Assembly (NCBI RefSeq): GCF_018350175.1
Contig: NC_058368.1
Span: 170,502,001 to 170,566,000 of the forward strand
Direction: 5' to 3'
Origin: Felis catus
Lineage: Eukaryota
Length of the DNA stretch: 64,000 bases
A program made the translations under genes and the position numbers. Below are positions 31,601 to 46,600 of the stretch, piece by piece. The notes below the pieces were generated by a model. That model worked only from the letters and a program-made list of their open reading frames with translations, had not been told where the DNA came from and ran no database searches. Within the stretch, counting starts at the first letter, position 1, and every line of letters starts with the position of its first letter.

Positions 31601-34600
31601 ATCTACCTCATGGAATCATTTTGAGTATTAAATAAGTTAATATATATATACTTAGAATACTGTGGGTCAGAGAAACAACTTAAATATCACCCATTATTAT
31701 TTTGCTTTTTAATATATAGTCGATTTTGTTTCCCTAAAAAATAAAAACTTTCAACTACTTTTCTTCCTGTAGTAAGCTTCTGTATACGTTTCTGGGATGG
31801 AAAATTGGAGTCACAGCTCTTCAGCAGGTTAGTATTTTTTTGTTAAGTCAGAGAAGAAATGAAGTTAGTAGTGTGATCTTTCAGTTTCAGGGGTCAACCA
31901 TATTTTTTAGACCTAAAGACAAAAATAATATACAAAGTTGTTTATTTTTATAAATATTGCCCTAAAAGGTAGTGTTTTGGAAATGTCATTGAAAACAATA
32001 ATGCCTTTGCCTATAAACATTTATGGAAATCTTTTTACCTGGAATTAGGCTCTAAACCTATAGTTGCTATGGAACAATGTTTACCAATCATTTTGTAAGC
32101 GTGTAGTCCAGTGCCTTGTGCAGAGTGGAGATGGTGGAGATGAGTTAGTTGTTCAGTAAAGCAAGGGAGATTGTAGGTCATGCAGAGAAATTTGTTCTAA
32201 TTTTGAAGGTTGTAGCTTGGAATAATTGGGACCCGAATCCTAACATTTTTAATTGCACTTTTCCATAAATAACTGCTTTTGTTTTCATGAGACTGCGGAA
32301 CATGTATGAATGATGTAGGTCTGCAGAGAATCTTACATTGGACACGTATACTGCCAGTATATCCTTGTCCTTCTGAATAGCTCTTGCTTATATCTGCCCA
32401 ACTTATATTCATTCTTTCATTCTCTCTCAGTGCCATCAACCTTGCTGTGCTTTTGCCTACCCATAAGACCCCAGAGGTATCAGAGGATTAGGTCCCTTGA
32501 GGGCAAGGAATCATACTTGTTTTAATATCCCCATGCATCCTGGTCACATGATGGTAGATTTAATATCCTCATGCATCATGGTCACATGATGGTAGATTAA
32601 TAAAATGGTTAACGTGATTCTATTCTGTAATGGTATTGAACATTGATCTTCTGTGCTAAAATAGAGAAACTTATTATAGAGCCTGTATATAAGACCATTT
32701 ATAAAATGAAGATTCTATTCATAAAATATTAGAGCTGGGACAGACTAATCCTAAGACTTTTTTGCCTTTTAACATGTTTTATAGGTTTTTGTTTCCTTGG
32801 ATAAAGAACTGTTCACTTCCTTTGTAGTTGGCCTTTTATGTTGCCAGGCATATGGCAAGCCTTTTTATGTTTTCTAAGAGCTGTATCTCTTTTGTTTCTT
32901 TCCAGTCACTCACTGATCTGTATTGATTTCATACATCAGATTCCTTTTCTTTTATGGCTGTTTTCTTACTGAGTCAGCTGTGTTTTAGGAATGAGGGGAT
33001 TGATGGTGACTACCAGATTTGAAGCTGGGAAGTAACTTGAAAAAATCATTCCTAAATATTTCCATGTGAAATAGCAATCAAAGTATGCTAGAATGGTAAT
33101 ACTTACTAGGTTGGTTTTTTTTTGTTTTTGTTTTTTTGTTTTTTTTTTTTGCCATCCTCAGGAAGATATTCTATTATTTCTTTTACATAATTAATGATGC
33201 ATAACATCAGGATTATTGAAGCTATTTTGATTAAGAATAAAAAGTGAGTAATTTAAATTTCAGGCACCAGCTGTGGATGTTGTTGCTGTTGGTCTTATGT
33301 CAGGTCAGGTTATCATTCACAACATTAAATTCGATGAAACATTAATGAAGTTTCGTCAAGACTGGGGACCTATTACTTCAATTTCATTTCGTACAGGTAA
33401 CTTTTAACTTAATTATTAGTAAGAGTTAAGAATGTTTAAAATGTATACTTCAAAGCTTATAGAAATTTTCCAAGTGGATGTTTTCTTGCAAGTTAATGTA
33501 TTTAATAGAAATAAGTGAAATTTCTGCATTACAAATAGCCATAGGAATATGGATAGATTATTGGTGCATAGTTTTTTCTAACCTTATGTTTATGGATTAA
33601 AGGGATGGAGAGAAGAATTGTTACGTTTGGTGGTTTTATGGCACATGTTTTTCTTACTGTATTTTACTTTTAATAACAGATGGTCATCCAGTAATGGCAG
33701 CTGGAAGCCCATGTGGCCATATTGGACTCTGGGATCTAGAAGACAAAAAGTTAATCAATCAGATGAGAAATGCTCATTCTACAGCGATTGCCGGACTGAC
33801 ATTTCTCCACAGAGAGCCCCTTCTTGTCACAAATGGTGCCGACAATGCTCTGAGGGTATTATTATTGTTGTTATCATTTTCCTGGCTTCTACCCTTGGGG
33901 TTATTGCAAGCCTGTTTTAGTGTATCAGCCTAAAACCTAGAAGATGAAAGGAAAATGGGATACGGTAATGGTATAGATGAAACAAAAGTACAGCAGGTTA
34001 CATGATTGCAGTGAAGTGAAAAAGAGTTACAGTTCATCTCTCCCCAGCCCCTTCTCCAGAGTCAGCACTACCCAGTGCCAGTTCATAGGTGTAGAAGATG
34101 ATCTGACTGCTTACAAATCATTTAACACATTGTGAAAGAACCTTACCTTTTTATTTCTTGGCAGATATGGATATTTGATGGTCCTACAGGTGAAGGCCGG
34201 CTTTTGAGATTCAGAATGGGACATAGTGCTCCTCTTACCAAAATCAGATATTATGGACAAAACGGACAGCAAATTCTTAGTGCAAGTGAGTTTCTGCTTC
34301 ATCCTATTAGTTTATCCCAGAAAGTATTGAGAGCACGGTATTTAATAATTATTAGGTTTGGTATTGAATTTTCAGATTCAGATTTGAATTTGAGTGATTT
34401 GGAAATCTGAGTAAATGAGGAGATTCTTTTTGAAAACTTCAGGAAGCACTGTAGATACTATCTTCATTTAGAATGTTATTTTATTTACTGATCTTCACAG
34501 ACAGGTGGCTGGATTCTGAAACTGGGGCCCTTGCCAAGTCTCATAATCTGCTGAAAATTATTAGTAACTCATATTATCCTTGGTTCTTACTAAATGGCAT

Positions 34601-37600
34601 TCTTTGTACAAGTGAATATTATAATGAAGTCGTTGCAATTTAGCTCTCCTTTTAAAGTATCCCAAACTGTAACTTCAAGTTTTAAGAATCATTAAGATCT
34701 GTCATTCAAATGATCCATTGTTTTGATGAAGTTTGATAGGTATTTTCTACATATATCAACAGGTCAAGATGGAACTCTTCAATCATTTTCCACAATACAT
34801 GAAAAATTTAACAAGAGTTTGGGACATGGTAGGTCATTTGCAAGACGAAAAAAAAGCTACTGGTCACAAAAGAAACGTTTCAAGATACTGTGAGACAACC
34901 AGATGAGGTTTCATTGATAAATTTCTTTTTTTCTTGGATAAAATTAAAAAACCCCTGTATGGAAGAGTAATAGATTTTTAACATCAGTGTTGCTGTAGAA
35001 GTGGTTGAGGTGCTGCTATAAGGTTATTGAAAAGAATTAGACAGCTTGGGTGGTAAAAACATACTGCTGCCACCCAAAAGACATCAATGACTTATCTTGA
35101 GCCATGTGTAGAGTGCAGGATTTTAAACATGGAAGGGACATTAGAGAAGGCATCGAAGTAAGCAGTGTCCCATCTTTTTACAGAAAGAACTTACTTTATT
35201 CTGTATCTTTTCCCATAGTTTCCAGCATTTGAAAGATTTTATAAAAAAAAAAAATGTTTTCCAGTTTTATTCATAATTACTCCTCTTTTTAGCTACTGTC
35301 CTGGCTATTCATGTTTGTATATACTTCCAGATGAGTTACAAGATCTTTTTTTTTAAGGATCATTCTTTAATTAGCATTCAAAGTAATACTTCTAGAAATT
35401 AAATTGGAGAGATTTGATATCTTTAAGAATCTTCACATCTAGGGATATGATATATCCTCATTCAGGTTACTTTTTATTTTCCTTAGTGCTTTAATGAAGT
35501 TTTTGTTTGTTTGTTTGTTTTTTAGTTTTCCTCCTGTTGGTCTTCCGTATTTGAGATTATTCAGTGGTATCTTATGTATTTTTTTATAATATGCTAATAT
35601 TTTTTTTTGCTAGTGTTATAGATGTAATCTTTGTTCATCATATTTCTATCTGCAATATTTAGTATTTAGTAATTACTATATAAGAATATGTAATATGTTA
35701 TAATTGCCAACTAATAATTATAGTGATCTTAAATATTACTGCATTGTAGAACTCACTTTTTTTTATTGGTTCTGTATTTTGTCCAATAAAATGATTATTT
35801 TAATTATTATTTGGTTGTTTCTCTTGATTGACATGACTATATTACCATCGTATCATCTGTAAAAAATGATTTTTTAACCTTTTTTTCAATTATTTATATC
35901 TCATAGTTTCTTATCTAATTATATAGACTAAATTTCAAAAATGATTTAAGTAATAGTGGTTATAACATCATCTTTATTTGGTTCCTAACTTAAATAAGAG
36001 TATCTTGAGCTGTGTAGTTATATGACAAAGAATTGCTTCTCTTTGATGTTCATTTTTCATTAAGAAGGATCCATAGCTATGTTCTTCTCTCCCTCAACTC
36101 CAGGATTAATAAATAAGAAGAGAGTCAAACGTAAAGGACTTCAGAATGCCATGTCAGTAAGGCTTCCACCCATCACAAAATTTGCAGCTGGTAGGTAACT
36201 TAACACTGTATTCCAAGAAGTTCTGTTTTTCTATTTTTCCTACTATTTTTCAGTTTTCTTCATTTTAAAGAATGTTTTTGCAGGCATTAATAAGCATTTG
36301 GAAGTACCCCAAGTGCCTACTAATCTAATGTGAAGACTGAAAAAGAATTATTTATAATTTGCAGTTATCTTTTAATTTCAGGTTTTGGTCTTCTCTGTAA
36401 GACCTTTTAATAAACAATATTTGGTATCTCATTTTGTAGCCCTTTTTATTCTATTATATGTCTGGTATAATGAAAGTCACTAATATAAAAAGGTAAGAAC
36501 AGAGAACATAAAGTTCTATTGTAATCAAAATCAGAATACACTGAGGTCCTTATATGCTACATTATTAGAGTGGTGTTTCATTCAAAGAATTGAATTGTTG
36601 ATTGTTGAGTGAAAACTACCATAGAAATAAGGCACCATTTCCATTTCGAGGTTCTTATATCAACCTGATGATGGTTTCTTTCCTTTTTTTTTTTAAACTT
36701 TTATTTTGACCATCCTGCTTTCCATTTTTTATCTTAGAACCTGAGTGATCTCAGACATCTGAATCATGTTACTCACCTGCTTAAAAATCTTTCAGAGGCC
36801 CCTTACTGCCTGTAGGATGTAATCTCCTCTTATGAACACAGCTTTCACGACTTTGTGATATGGCCCCAGTTGCCTTGTCTGCTTCCCATCCTTCTCAGGA
36901 AATGCATCACTTACTTCTTTTTGTTCAAGTTACTCTTGAACCTATTTGTGTCCCCACCCCCAATTAATTGATGTTTGTTTTATTGCTTCTTTCAGGGAGC
37001 CATTTATTACTGTCCTCAAGTCTCTTTGTAAACTCTTGCTGAGTGCTTTTATAAGACACTATCATTATTTATTATAATTTCTTCTAATCAGAATTGCTTT
37101 TTAAAAAAATTTTTTTTAAGTTTATTATTTATTTTTGAGAGAAAAAGAGTGTGTGAGCAGGGGAGGAACAGAGATGGAGAGAGGGAGAGAGAATCCCAAG
37201 CAGACTTCTCACTGTCAGTGCAGAGCCCAACACAGGGCTTGAACTCATGAACCGTGAGATCGTGACCTGAGCTGAAATGAAGCTCAACCAGTGAGCCACC
37301 CAGGTGCCCCCAGAATTTCTTGTTAGATTAGAAGCTCATTGCTATCCGAAATTACCTGTACACCATCAGTCCCTAGTGCCTAATGATAACATAGAATATT
37401 ATATTCTTAATAAGTAATAGGTAAATGAATGAGTGAGGGAATGAAAAATAATTTGATTTATGATTTTCATTATATTTTAGAGGAGGCTCGTGAAAGTGAC
37501 TGGGATAGTATCATTGCTTGCCATCAAGGTAAACTGTCTTGTTCAACTTGGAACTATCAGAGATCTACCATAGGCGCTTACTTTCTCAAGCCAAAAGAGC

Positions 37601-40600
37601 TGAAGACAGATGACATAACCGCAACAGTAAGTGAGCTTGAGCTTGTTGATAAGAGCATTTTCTCCTGTAAAATTGTCCTGCTCTTGTTATACTCAAGTTT
37701 ATTAATGATCATGTGGGTTGAAACAACAGTTTAACATTTTTAAATTATTTTCTAATAGTGTTAGGTTCTCCAACTGTAGAGAATTATTTTAGATATAAGT
37801 TAAGTTTTGCTTAATTAGATGTATATTAGTTGCTTTAGTTTTCTAATTAAGTAGGATTACTCAGAATACCCTCTGAAGATGAATTCAGCATTTATCAATG
37901 AACTTTCTTACCTTACTTATGCTGAGTATACAGAACTATATTTAATGAATGTGAATCTTAACGGTTTTTTTTCTTTCTTGATTTCTTCTGATATAGGAGT
38001 AAGATTTAGCTAACTCTTTAATGACTTATAGGTATAGAAGTTATTTAAAGCCTTTATTTTCTTATATTTGTCTCTTGAGAAGTGCCTTACAGAGAAATTC
38101 TAATTGAGTTCTAAGCGTTTCTTAAATACACCTTTCATTTTTTTATGTATATATTTTTTACTTTATTTTTGAGAGAGAGGCAGAGAGAGAGAAGGAGAGA
38201 GAATCCTAAGCAGGCTCCACACTCTTGGCACAGAGACCAATGCCAGGCTCAAACTCACAAACTGTGAGATCATGACCTGAGCCGAAACCAAGAGTTGGAC
38301 GCTTAACCAACTGAGCCACCCCGGTGCCCCTTAAATACAGCTTTTAAATTCCAGTGTTTACTTAAGAGTTTACTCCTCTTTAGAAATTTTGTTTCTGTTT
38401 GCTTTTGTTAATATGTTAATCCACTTCTGTTGCATTCAGATTTTCACATATAAAGAAGCAATGTTATATTCTGGTTTGCAGAGTTGTTGCTTCTTCTTTT
38501 TTGGATTTTGTTGTTGTTTTAATGAGAGAGAGAGAAAGCACACATCTGTGCGGGGAAGGGCAAAGGAGAGAGAGACAGAGAATCTTACGCGGGCTCTGTG
38601 CCCAGTACAGGGCCTGACGCAGGGCTCAATCTTAGGACCGTGAAATCATGACCTGAGCCAAAATCAAAAGTTGGACATTTAATCGACTGAGTCACCCAGG
38701 TGCCCTCCTTCTACTTTGTAAGAAACAGTTTTATTAATATAATTTATAAACCATGAAATTCTCTTTTAAAGTGTACAGTCCAGTGATTTTTAGTATATTC
38801 ATAGGATTGGGAAATCATCACTAAAATCTAATCAATCTAATTTTAGAATATTCTTATCAACTCAAAAAGAAACCCCATTCTCTCACTTCCCCTCTCCCTT
38901 CTCCCTAACCTAGGTAACCACAATCTGCTTTTTATTTCTATAGATTTTCCTATTCTGGGCATTTAATGTAAATGGAATCATACAAGATATAGTCTTTCTG
39001 ATTGGCTTTTCCATCACTTGGCATAATGTTTTCAAAGGTTATTCATGTTATAGCATTTATAACATACTTGTTTTATTGTGGACACTACTACATTTGTGTA
39101 GAAACCACATTTTATTTAGCCATTGATTAGTTGATGCTATTTATGTTGTTTCTACTTCTTGACTCTTATAAATAATGCTAACGTTAGCGCATTGTAGCAG
39201 GATTTTCACAAAAGAAGTCGTGACTCCCAGGCTTTTCTTTCCAGGAAGTAACTTTATTTGTGCCAGCACGGCTCAGTTGGGTTTGTACCCAAAGAACTGA
39301 GCCCCAAACTTCACATGGCATAGTTTTGTACATTTTCTATTTCTTTGTCTACCATATATGGTAACACAGAAACATGCAGTCTGATTAAGTGGTCTCATGT
39401 TACAAGGTCATGAGGGATGTTGTTATCATGTATGGGTAGAGCCAGGTTGCCCTGAGGTTTTTTGTTTTTTTGTTTTGTTTTGTTTTGTTTTCACATTCTT
39501 AGGGAGGGGACCCTACCACACATAAGTTTTTATGTGAACATATGTTTTTGTTTCTCTGCATTTATACCTAGGACTGGAATCATTAGGTTATAATGCAACT
39601 CTGTTTAACATTTGTGGGGAACTGCCAACCTGTTTTCCAAAGTGGCTGCACCTTTTTATACTCCCATTAGCAGTGTATAAGTGTTTTGATGTATATACAT
39701 TTTATTTATTTATTTTTAATTTTTTTTTTCAACGTTTATTTATTTTGGGGACAGAGAGAGACAGAGCATGAACGGGGGAGGGGCAGAGAGAGAGGGAGAC
39801 ACAGAATCGGAAACAGGCTCCAGGCTCTGAGCCATCAGCCCAGAGCCCGATGCGGGGCTCGAACTCACGGACGGCGAGATCGTGACCTGGCTGAAGTCGG
39901 ACGCTCAACTGACTGCGCCACCCAGGCGCCCCTGATGTATATACATTTTAATGAACACTTGTGATTGCTCTTTTGATTATTGCCATCCTTGTTGGTATAT
40001 AGTAGTATCTCATTGTGATTTGTGTTTCGGACTCAGTGTGTTGAGCCTCTTTTCATGTGTTTACTGATTATATGTCTTCTTTGGAGAAATGTCTTTTCAA
40101 TTCTGTGCCCATTAAAGGGGTTGTCTTTTTATATTGAGTTGTATTAGCTGTTTGTGTATTCTGAATCTAAATCCCTTATCAGATATACAGTGTTTTTTCC
40201 CCTTTCTGTGGGCTGTCATTTCATTTTCTTGTTGATAATCATTTTCAGTGTAAGAGTTTTTATTATGATTAAGTCCAACCTATCTTTTCTTTCTTTTTTT
40301 TTTTTTTTGCTGATGGTTTTTGGAAAATTGTTGCCTAACCCAGGGCCATGAAGATTTACTCCTGTGATTTGTGCTAAGGAGTTTCATAGTTTTAGCTATT
40401 ACATTTAAGCCTATAATCCTTTCGGAGTTAATTTATGTGTATGATGTATGTAGAGGTCCAAGTTCATTCTGTTACATGAATATCTAGTTGTCTCAGCATC
40501 ATTATTCAAAAACTGTTCTTTCCCCCATTGAATAGTCTTGGCGTGCTTGCCAAAAATAAATTTGACATGAATATGAGGCTTTATTTCCAGATTGTCAGTT

Positions 40601-43600
40601 CTATTCCATTGTTTTATATGTCTGTCTTTGTGCCAGAACCACACTGTCTTGACTATGGTACCTTTGCGTTAAGTTTTAAAATCAGAAAAATTGAATCCTC
40701 CAAGTTCGTTTTTCAAGATTGTTTTGGCTGTTCTAATCTCTTGCATGTCCATGTGAATTTTAGGATCTGCTTGTCAATTTCTGCAAAGAAAGCAGCTAGG
40801 ATTTTGGTAGGGGTTTTGTTGATACCGTAAATCAGTTTGAGGAGTGTTACCATATTAATATTACTTCTGATCCATGAACATGGGATGTCTTTCCATTTAT
40901 TTAGATCCTTAATTTCTGTCAGCAGTATTTTGTGGTTTTCTGTGTACAAGTCTCATACTTCTTTGGTTTTCTGGTATCTTATTGTTTTTAATGCTATTAT
41001 AAATGGAGTTCTTTCTTAATTTTGTTTTGGATTGTTTATTGCTAGCGTGTTGAAATATAATTAGTTTTTGTGTACTGATCTATCATGTAACCTTGCTGAA
41101 CTTATCTATTCTGTTTTTTAGTGAATACCTGTTTTTAACTTATTGAAAGTATAATTACGTAGTTGATTCTCTTTTGTACAAGGCATTTTGAAAGTATGTA
41201 TGCTCTATTCTCCATAGTACAAAAATCCAGTTTTAAGCTTTTATACTGTTTTGTAAACCATAGAGATTTTATCTTAAGCCTCTTAAGTTTACCTGCACAG
41301 TTTTGAGTAGCTGTTGTACTAGTAGTGGTAACGATAATTACAGCTAACATTTTTTGTGTGCTTACTTTCTTCTAGGCTCTGTGCCTAACATGCATTATTT
41401 TTTTTTGAGAGAGAGAAAGCATGTGTGCATATGCACGCACGTGAGGGGAGGAGGGGCAGAATGGGGGTGGGGAGAGAGAGAGAATCTTAAGCAGACTCTA
41501 TGCACAGTGTGGAGCCTGACATGGGGCTTAGTCTCACGATAATGAGATCATGACCTGAGCCAAAATCAAGAGTCAGATGCTTAACTGACAGAGCCACTCA
41601 GGTGCCCCTAACAGGCATTATTTTATATTATTCTTGCAACAATCCTATGATGTTGTCTGTTGTTAGCCTCTTTTTATAGACAATAAAGTTGAAGCTTAAT
41701 ATAATAATGATGACCATCCTAATGATATGTTTTCAGTTTTATATCTGCTGTAGAAGCAATTACATAAGGTAAGGTAAAGAAATTAGGCGGTGGAATACTT
41801 TGACTTTAATAGTATTGTGAATAAATTAAAATTGAAAGCCAGCTGAAATACAATTCTTCTTACTTTGTAAATTTCAATTGAGTTAACTTTGGTTATGTTT
41901 TATTTTCTTGGATAATAATTTCTGTATACTTCTTAGAGAATGGACATAGAATCAAGCAGTTATTTCTTATACACCCAAGTACAGTGACATTATCTTTACG
42001 AAAATTAATGAGGCAGTTCATTTAGAATGCTTCTTTTTTTTTAATGAGGTAATTAGTAGGTGAAAAGACATTTGGAAACCATAAAGTACAGTAAAAATAT
42101 TAGTTATTTTTTGTATAATTTGTGTTAAATTTTTTTTTTTCCAAAGGCAGTAGATATAACTTCTTGTGGAAACTTTGCTGTAATTGGTCTGTCATCAGGA
42201 ACTGTAGATGTATATAACATGCAGTCTGGTATTCATCGAGGAAGTTTTGGCGAGGATCAAGGTAATGAATTTTTTCCCTTTTTTTATTAAAAAGAATAAT
42301 AATATACAAGGCTAATAACTAACTGTCTCTGGCATTTATTAAATTCTTGAGTGCTAGCATTTTGGTAAGGTTGTAGATGGGTTATCGTCAATCCTATCTA
42401 GCAGTTACTGCCATTACACCTACTATAAACACCATGTTGAAATACTTAAATAGAATGAAGTTATTGATAGATTAGAGGAAAGTAGATATTATACAAATTA
42501 AAATTTGCTTTTTCTTCCCCTTTCATTAAGCAGAAAATCTTAAGCTTTCTGGCATCAACCGGATTGATATTGTTTTAATTACAGCAATATAATAATCTTC
42601 TGAAATCCAGATTAATTTTAAGATTTTAAGGGAGCTAAATAGAGGGAACTTAGAAATTTAAATGAAGGAATCACTCTGTGTAGTGTTTAGAGAGGCAGTG
42701 CCATTTTCTTAATGTCTTTTTCCTTTTAACATATGTTTTAAAGCTCATAAAGGATCTGTTAGAGGTGTTGCAGTGGATGGCTTAAACCAGTTGACAATTA
42801 CAACTGGTAGTGAAGGATTACTCAAGTTCTGGAACTTTAAAAACAAAATTTTAATACACTCTATGAGCCTTGATTCGTCTCCGAATACGATGCTGCTACA
42901 TAGAGACAGGTAAAGTTTTTCCTTTAATGATTATGGATTTTATTTTTGATGTTTTTGGTAAAAGTCATAATGTAAGTACATAATTTATCAGGTGGGAAAA
43001 TTATACATTTAATGTAAAGGAACAGAATTTTGTTTAATTTCCCCACAGGTATGCTTGATTATTAAAAAAAAATTAAAATGACTATGAGATTTTAATGTGA
43101 AAGGTTTGTTGGTTTGTTTATTAAAACTGGTGTGTTTATCTTATTAGTGGCATTCTGGGACTTGCCTTGGATGACTTCTCCATTAGTGTTCTGGATATTG
43201 AAACTAGGAAGATTGTCAGAGAGTTTTCTGGACACCACGGCCAAATAAATGACCTGGTAAAACGAACTTTTGATGTTTAATTAAAACTTGACTAATTTCT
43301 GTTTCTGTTTAGGTTAAAATATATTAAAACTATTGCCCTTTAATAGAATTAAAGTTTTCATATGAGATATTCAAAATAATTTGGAAATTAATTTTCAAAG
43401 AATACAGTTTTAAAGAAAATTTAGAATATAAAGAAGTTAATGCCGTCAGATTGAAGTATAAATAAATCTCAGAGTTCATCTTTTTCTCTTAAACTCTAAA
43501 CAAGGCTAAAATATCCTTTGGAGAATAAATGATCTATTGAAACATAAGTATTTAGTATTAAACTAGGTTGAGAGAATTCATTTCTTATTTTCTGAATGCA

Positions 43601-46600
43601 TAACAAATGAATAGCAGGGGACCTTGAATATCTGGTATCTGGTTTATTCTAGCTTAGTGTTATTTCTAGAGTTTAGATTTCTTAACTCTAAAAGAGTTTA
43701 ATCAATAAAAATGTGTTTTGGCTTACTATTACGTTTTTATAGTGGGATATAAGATACAAAAAGTACTCTAGTTTGAAAAATATATATTGAGGCTATATTA
43801 AGTTTATATATTGTTATTTTTCATCACTCACATCTTGATTCACTTGAAAACAGGAAAAAATTAAAATCTGGGTTATTTAGTGGCAATTCTAACATCTATA
43901 TTTATTTATCCATTCTTGTACCAAAAATCAGCAGTTTATCCATTCCCTTAAAAATATAGGGGAAAAAGCCAGGAAATTGTGTTGTTCTGCAGATAGGAAA
44001 TTGGCAACATAATTTGTTGTGTTATCATCTGTAGAAATGAGGGCAGGAGTGGAGTGATTTTGATGAAATTTTTTGATGCATTTTTAAAACCAGTCGGTGA
44101 CAGCTTGCCCTTTCTTTCTTTCCTTTTCAAACCTTATTTTGAACTTGTATGTCTGGAATTTCTCCTAATCAGCAATAAATTATTCCTGTTCAGTTAAATC
44201 TGTGAGCATATAACACAGATTACCTATCAGAGTCATTTTCCCTGTCCTTAATGTACACGATTCTGTAAATTAAACTCACTGTACCTTAAGGTTTGAGTTT
44301 CTGCTGTATCACTACAACCCAATGAACAGATTGGAGTCCACTTATCCCAGTATCATCTGTTAATATGGATGGTGATAGTCCCTGTGGTGTGTTTAAACTC
44401 CTGGATGAATAATCTACCATTGTAAACATTAAAGTTTTTTTTTTGGTGGGGGGGGTCTTTCATATATGGCCTGATCTAAGCCTCACAACACTTATGTGCT
44501 ACAGGGAAATGAGAGCTATTTATCCATTTATATCAACAGAAAAGATACACCTTCTTTAAGGTGGCATAAGTAGTTTATTATTTACTTTTATTTTGCAATT
44601 CTAATTACTGTGGTGTTAAATTACATTTTGGAATTAAAACATCATTATAAAAGGATCTTTAACTGAAGCAACAAGTGAATAGAAGTTCTTGTGTAGTAAT
44701 TTTAATATTTTAAGGGAATTTGCATTCCTTTTTTTTTTTTAATGTTTGTTTATTTGTGAGAGAGACACAGTGTGAGCAAGGGAGGAGCAGAAAGAGACGG
44801 AGACACAGAATCTGAAGCAGCCTCCAGGCTCTGAGCTGTCAGCACAGAACCCGATGCAGGGCTCAAACACATAATCTGTACGATCATGACCTGAGCCGAA
44901 GTCAGATACCCAACCGATGCCCAACCGACTGAGCCACCCAGGCGCCCCAGGGCATTTGCATTCTTGTTTTCAAAATCATTTTGGACTCTAAGAAAGCAGT
45001 CTAATATATAGATTCTTTAGTGAAATACAGGTTTTGTTTCTTTCACAGAACTTTATAACTGAAATTAGGCTAACAAAATATTTCATTGAATGTTCTCAGA
45101 ATAGCTAGCAGTTTTATCCTGAAAATGTTTGTAGTCATTTGTTAACTGTCTATAAATGTAGGTGTTTATGTAGCAAAAATTGAAAATTGGATGATACTGT
45201 TTTAAAACTTTTTATGATACATGTAAAAACCTAATTCTTACTTATATCCAAACAGTGGCATATAAGAAATGAATTTTTTTCTATAAAATGCAGCAGTTTA
45301 AATTTTACTCAGACTTATTTTTTTATGAAGCCTGCATCTTGTTTTCATTTCTTGCATTCTTTAAGCTGTTAAATATACAGGCACAAATATACATAAATGC
45401 ACACACGCTTTATATGTGTATTCTTGTTTTTCTTTTAATTTGAAGGCTTTCAGTCCTGATGGTCGTTGGTTAATAAGTGCTTCAATGGATTGCACTGTTA
45501 GAACTTGGGACCTTCCATCTGGGTGGTGAGTTTATTTTTAAACCCCTAACCTCTGTCAGAAGATTTCTCAGTCATCGTCTTTACGTGTAACTTTTACCTA
45601 TAGTTAATGGTTTGTGTGCCTTTTGAATGTGAATATATTTTGGGGATTTTTCTAACCTTACTGTTAGATCAAAAACCTGTTTTTTGGGAGGGAGTAGTGC
45701 CATAAAAGATAATAGTGAGGAAAATGCAATCTCTCTTAGGTTTTCTGTACTTGGCAAAATTGAGACATAGAAAGTGAGTTTGAATAAACTTTAGGAAAGC
45801 TCATTTGACCTTTTTGATACTCGAAAATAGAGTTCAGACTTTAGGACTGGAAACTCTTATTTAGTGTCTTCTTGTTGTTTTTGTTGTATTTAGTTAAAAG
45901 GTCCAAAACCCAACTTTACTTTTATATACTATGTATTTTCTGTGTCTAACATAATTCTTGTTTTAGATAATGTGTTTCTTAGAATTTGGGTAAAACCCAG
46001 CAGCATGCAGATGCAGAAATCCGTTTCGTTTCGTAGATAGAAACTTGTTACAAAAACAGCACTTAAATTGAAAATTTACCTACTTCTGTTAAATAATTTG
46101 AACATTGGAGACCTACAGAGTGAGAGCAAGGGAGCTAGCTTTGTTATTAAAAATTATGTAGGAATAGATACAATTTAAAATCATATCACTTAACAGAATT
46201 GCTTAGAGTATGAAAGTAGTGATGGAAACAATGAAGTATCTATTTAACAGGAATATACTATAAGGTGGGGAAAAATGGGAAGGAAGATGGCACTTTTTAA
46301 ACCTCTGAAAAATTCCTAAATTAAGCTCTGTCCAATTGTACTTCCTCTTTTCTCAGGAATTGATAAGTTTATACCTGAAAGCAGTTTGACCTTTAGAAAG
46401 GAAAAACCCTGATAGACTCATTTCCCTTTAAGGTTGGTATAGGAATGAGGCACAGCTGTCCATCCAGCATACACACCAGATTTGGAACATGCACAGCAAG
46501 AGTGTCTAACGGGTCCAGCTTAATAACTAGGAACCTTCTCTATAGGTGTGTCTGTCTTTCACTCAAAATATAGTCAAACAAAATCTAATTTGTTGGCTGT

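Larger units (their letters stand above)
38720..41130 (-). mobile_element. Old L1 (L1MB-like) 3' part, interrupted by an LTR and a SINE
   Basis: 3'-UTR motifs (ttttaaagtgtacagtccagtgatttttagtatattca) plus ORF2 C-terminal fragments [14 protein letters not shown] and [14 protein letters not shown]. Confidence 0.85.
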
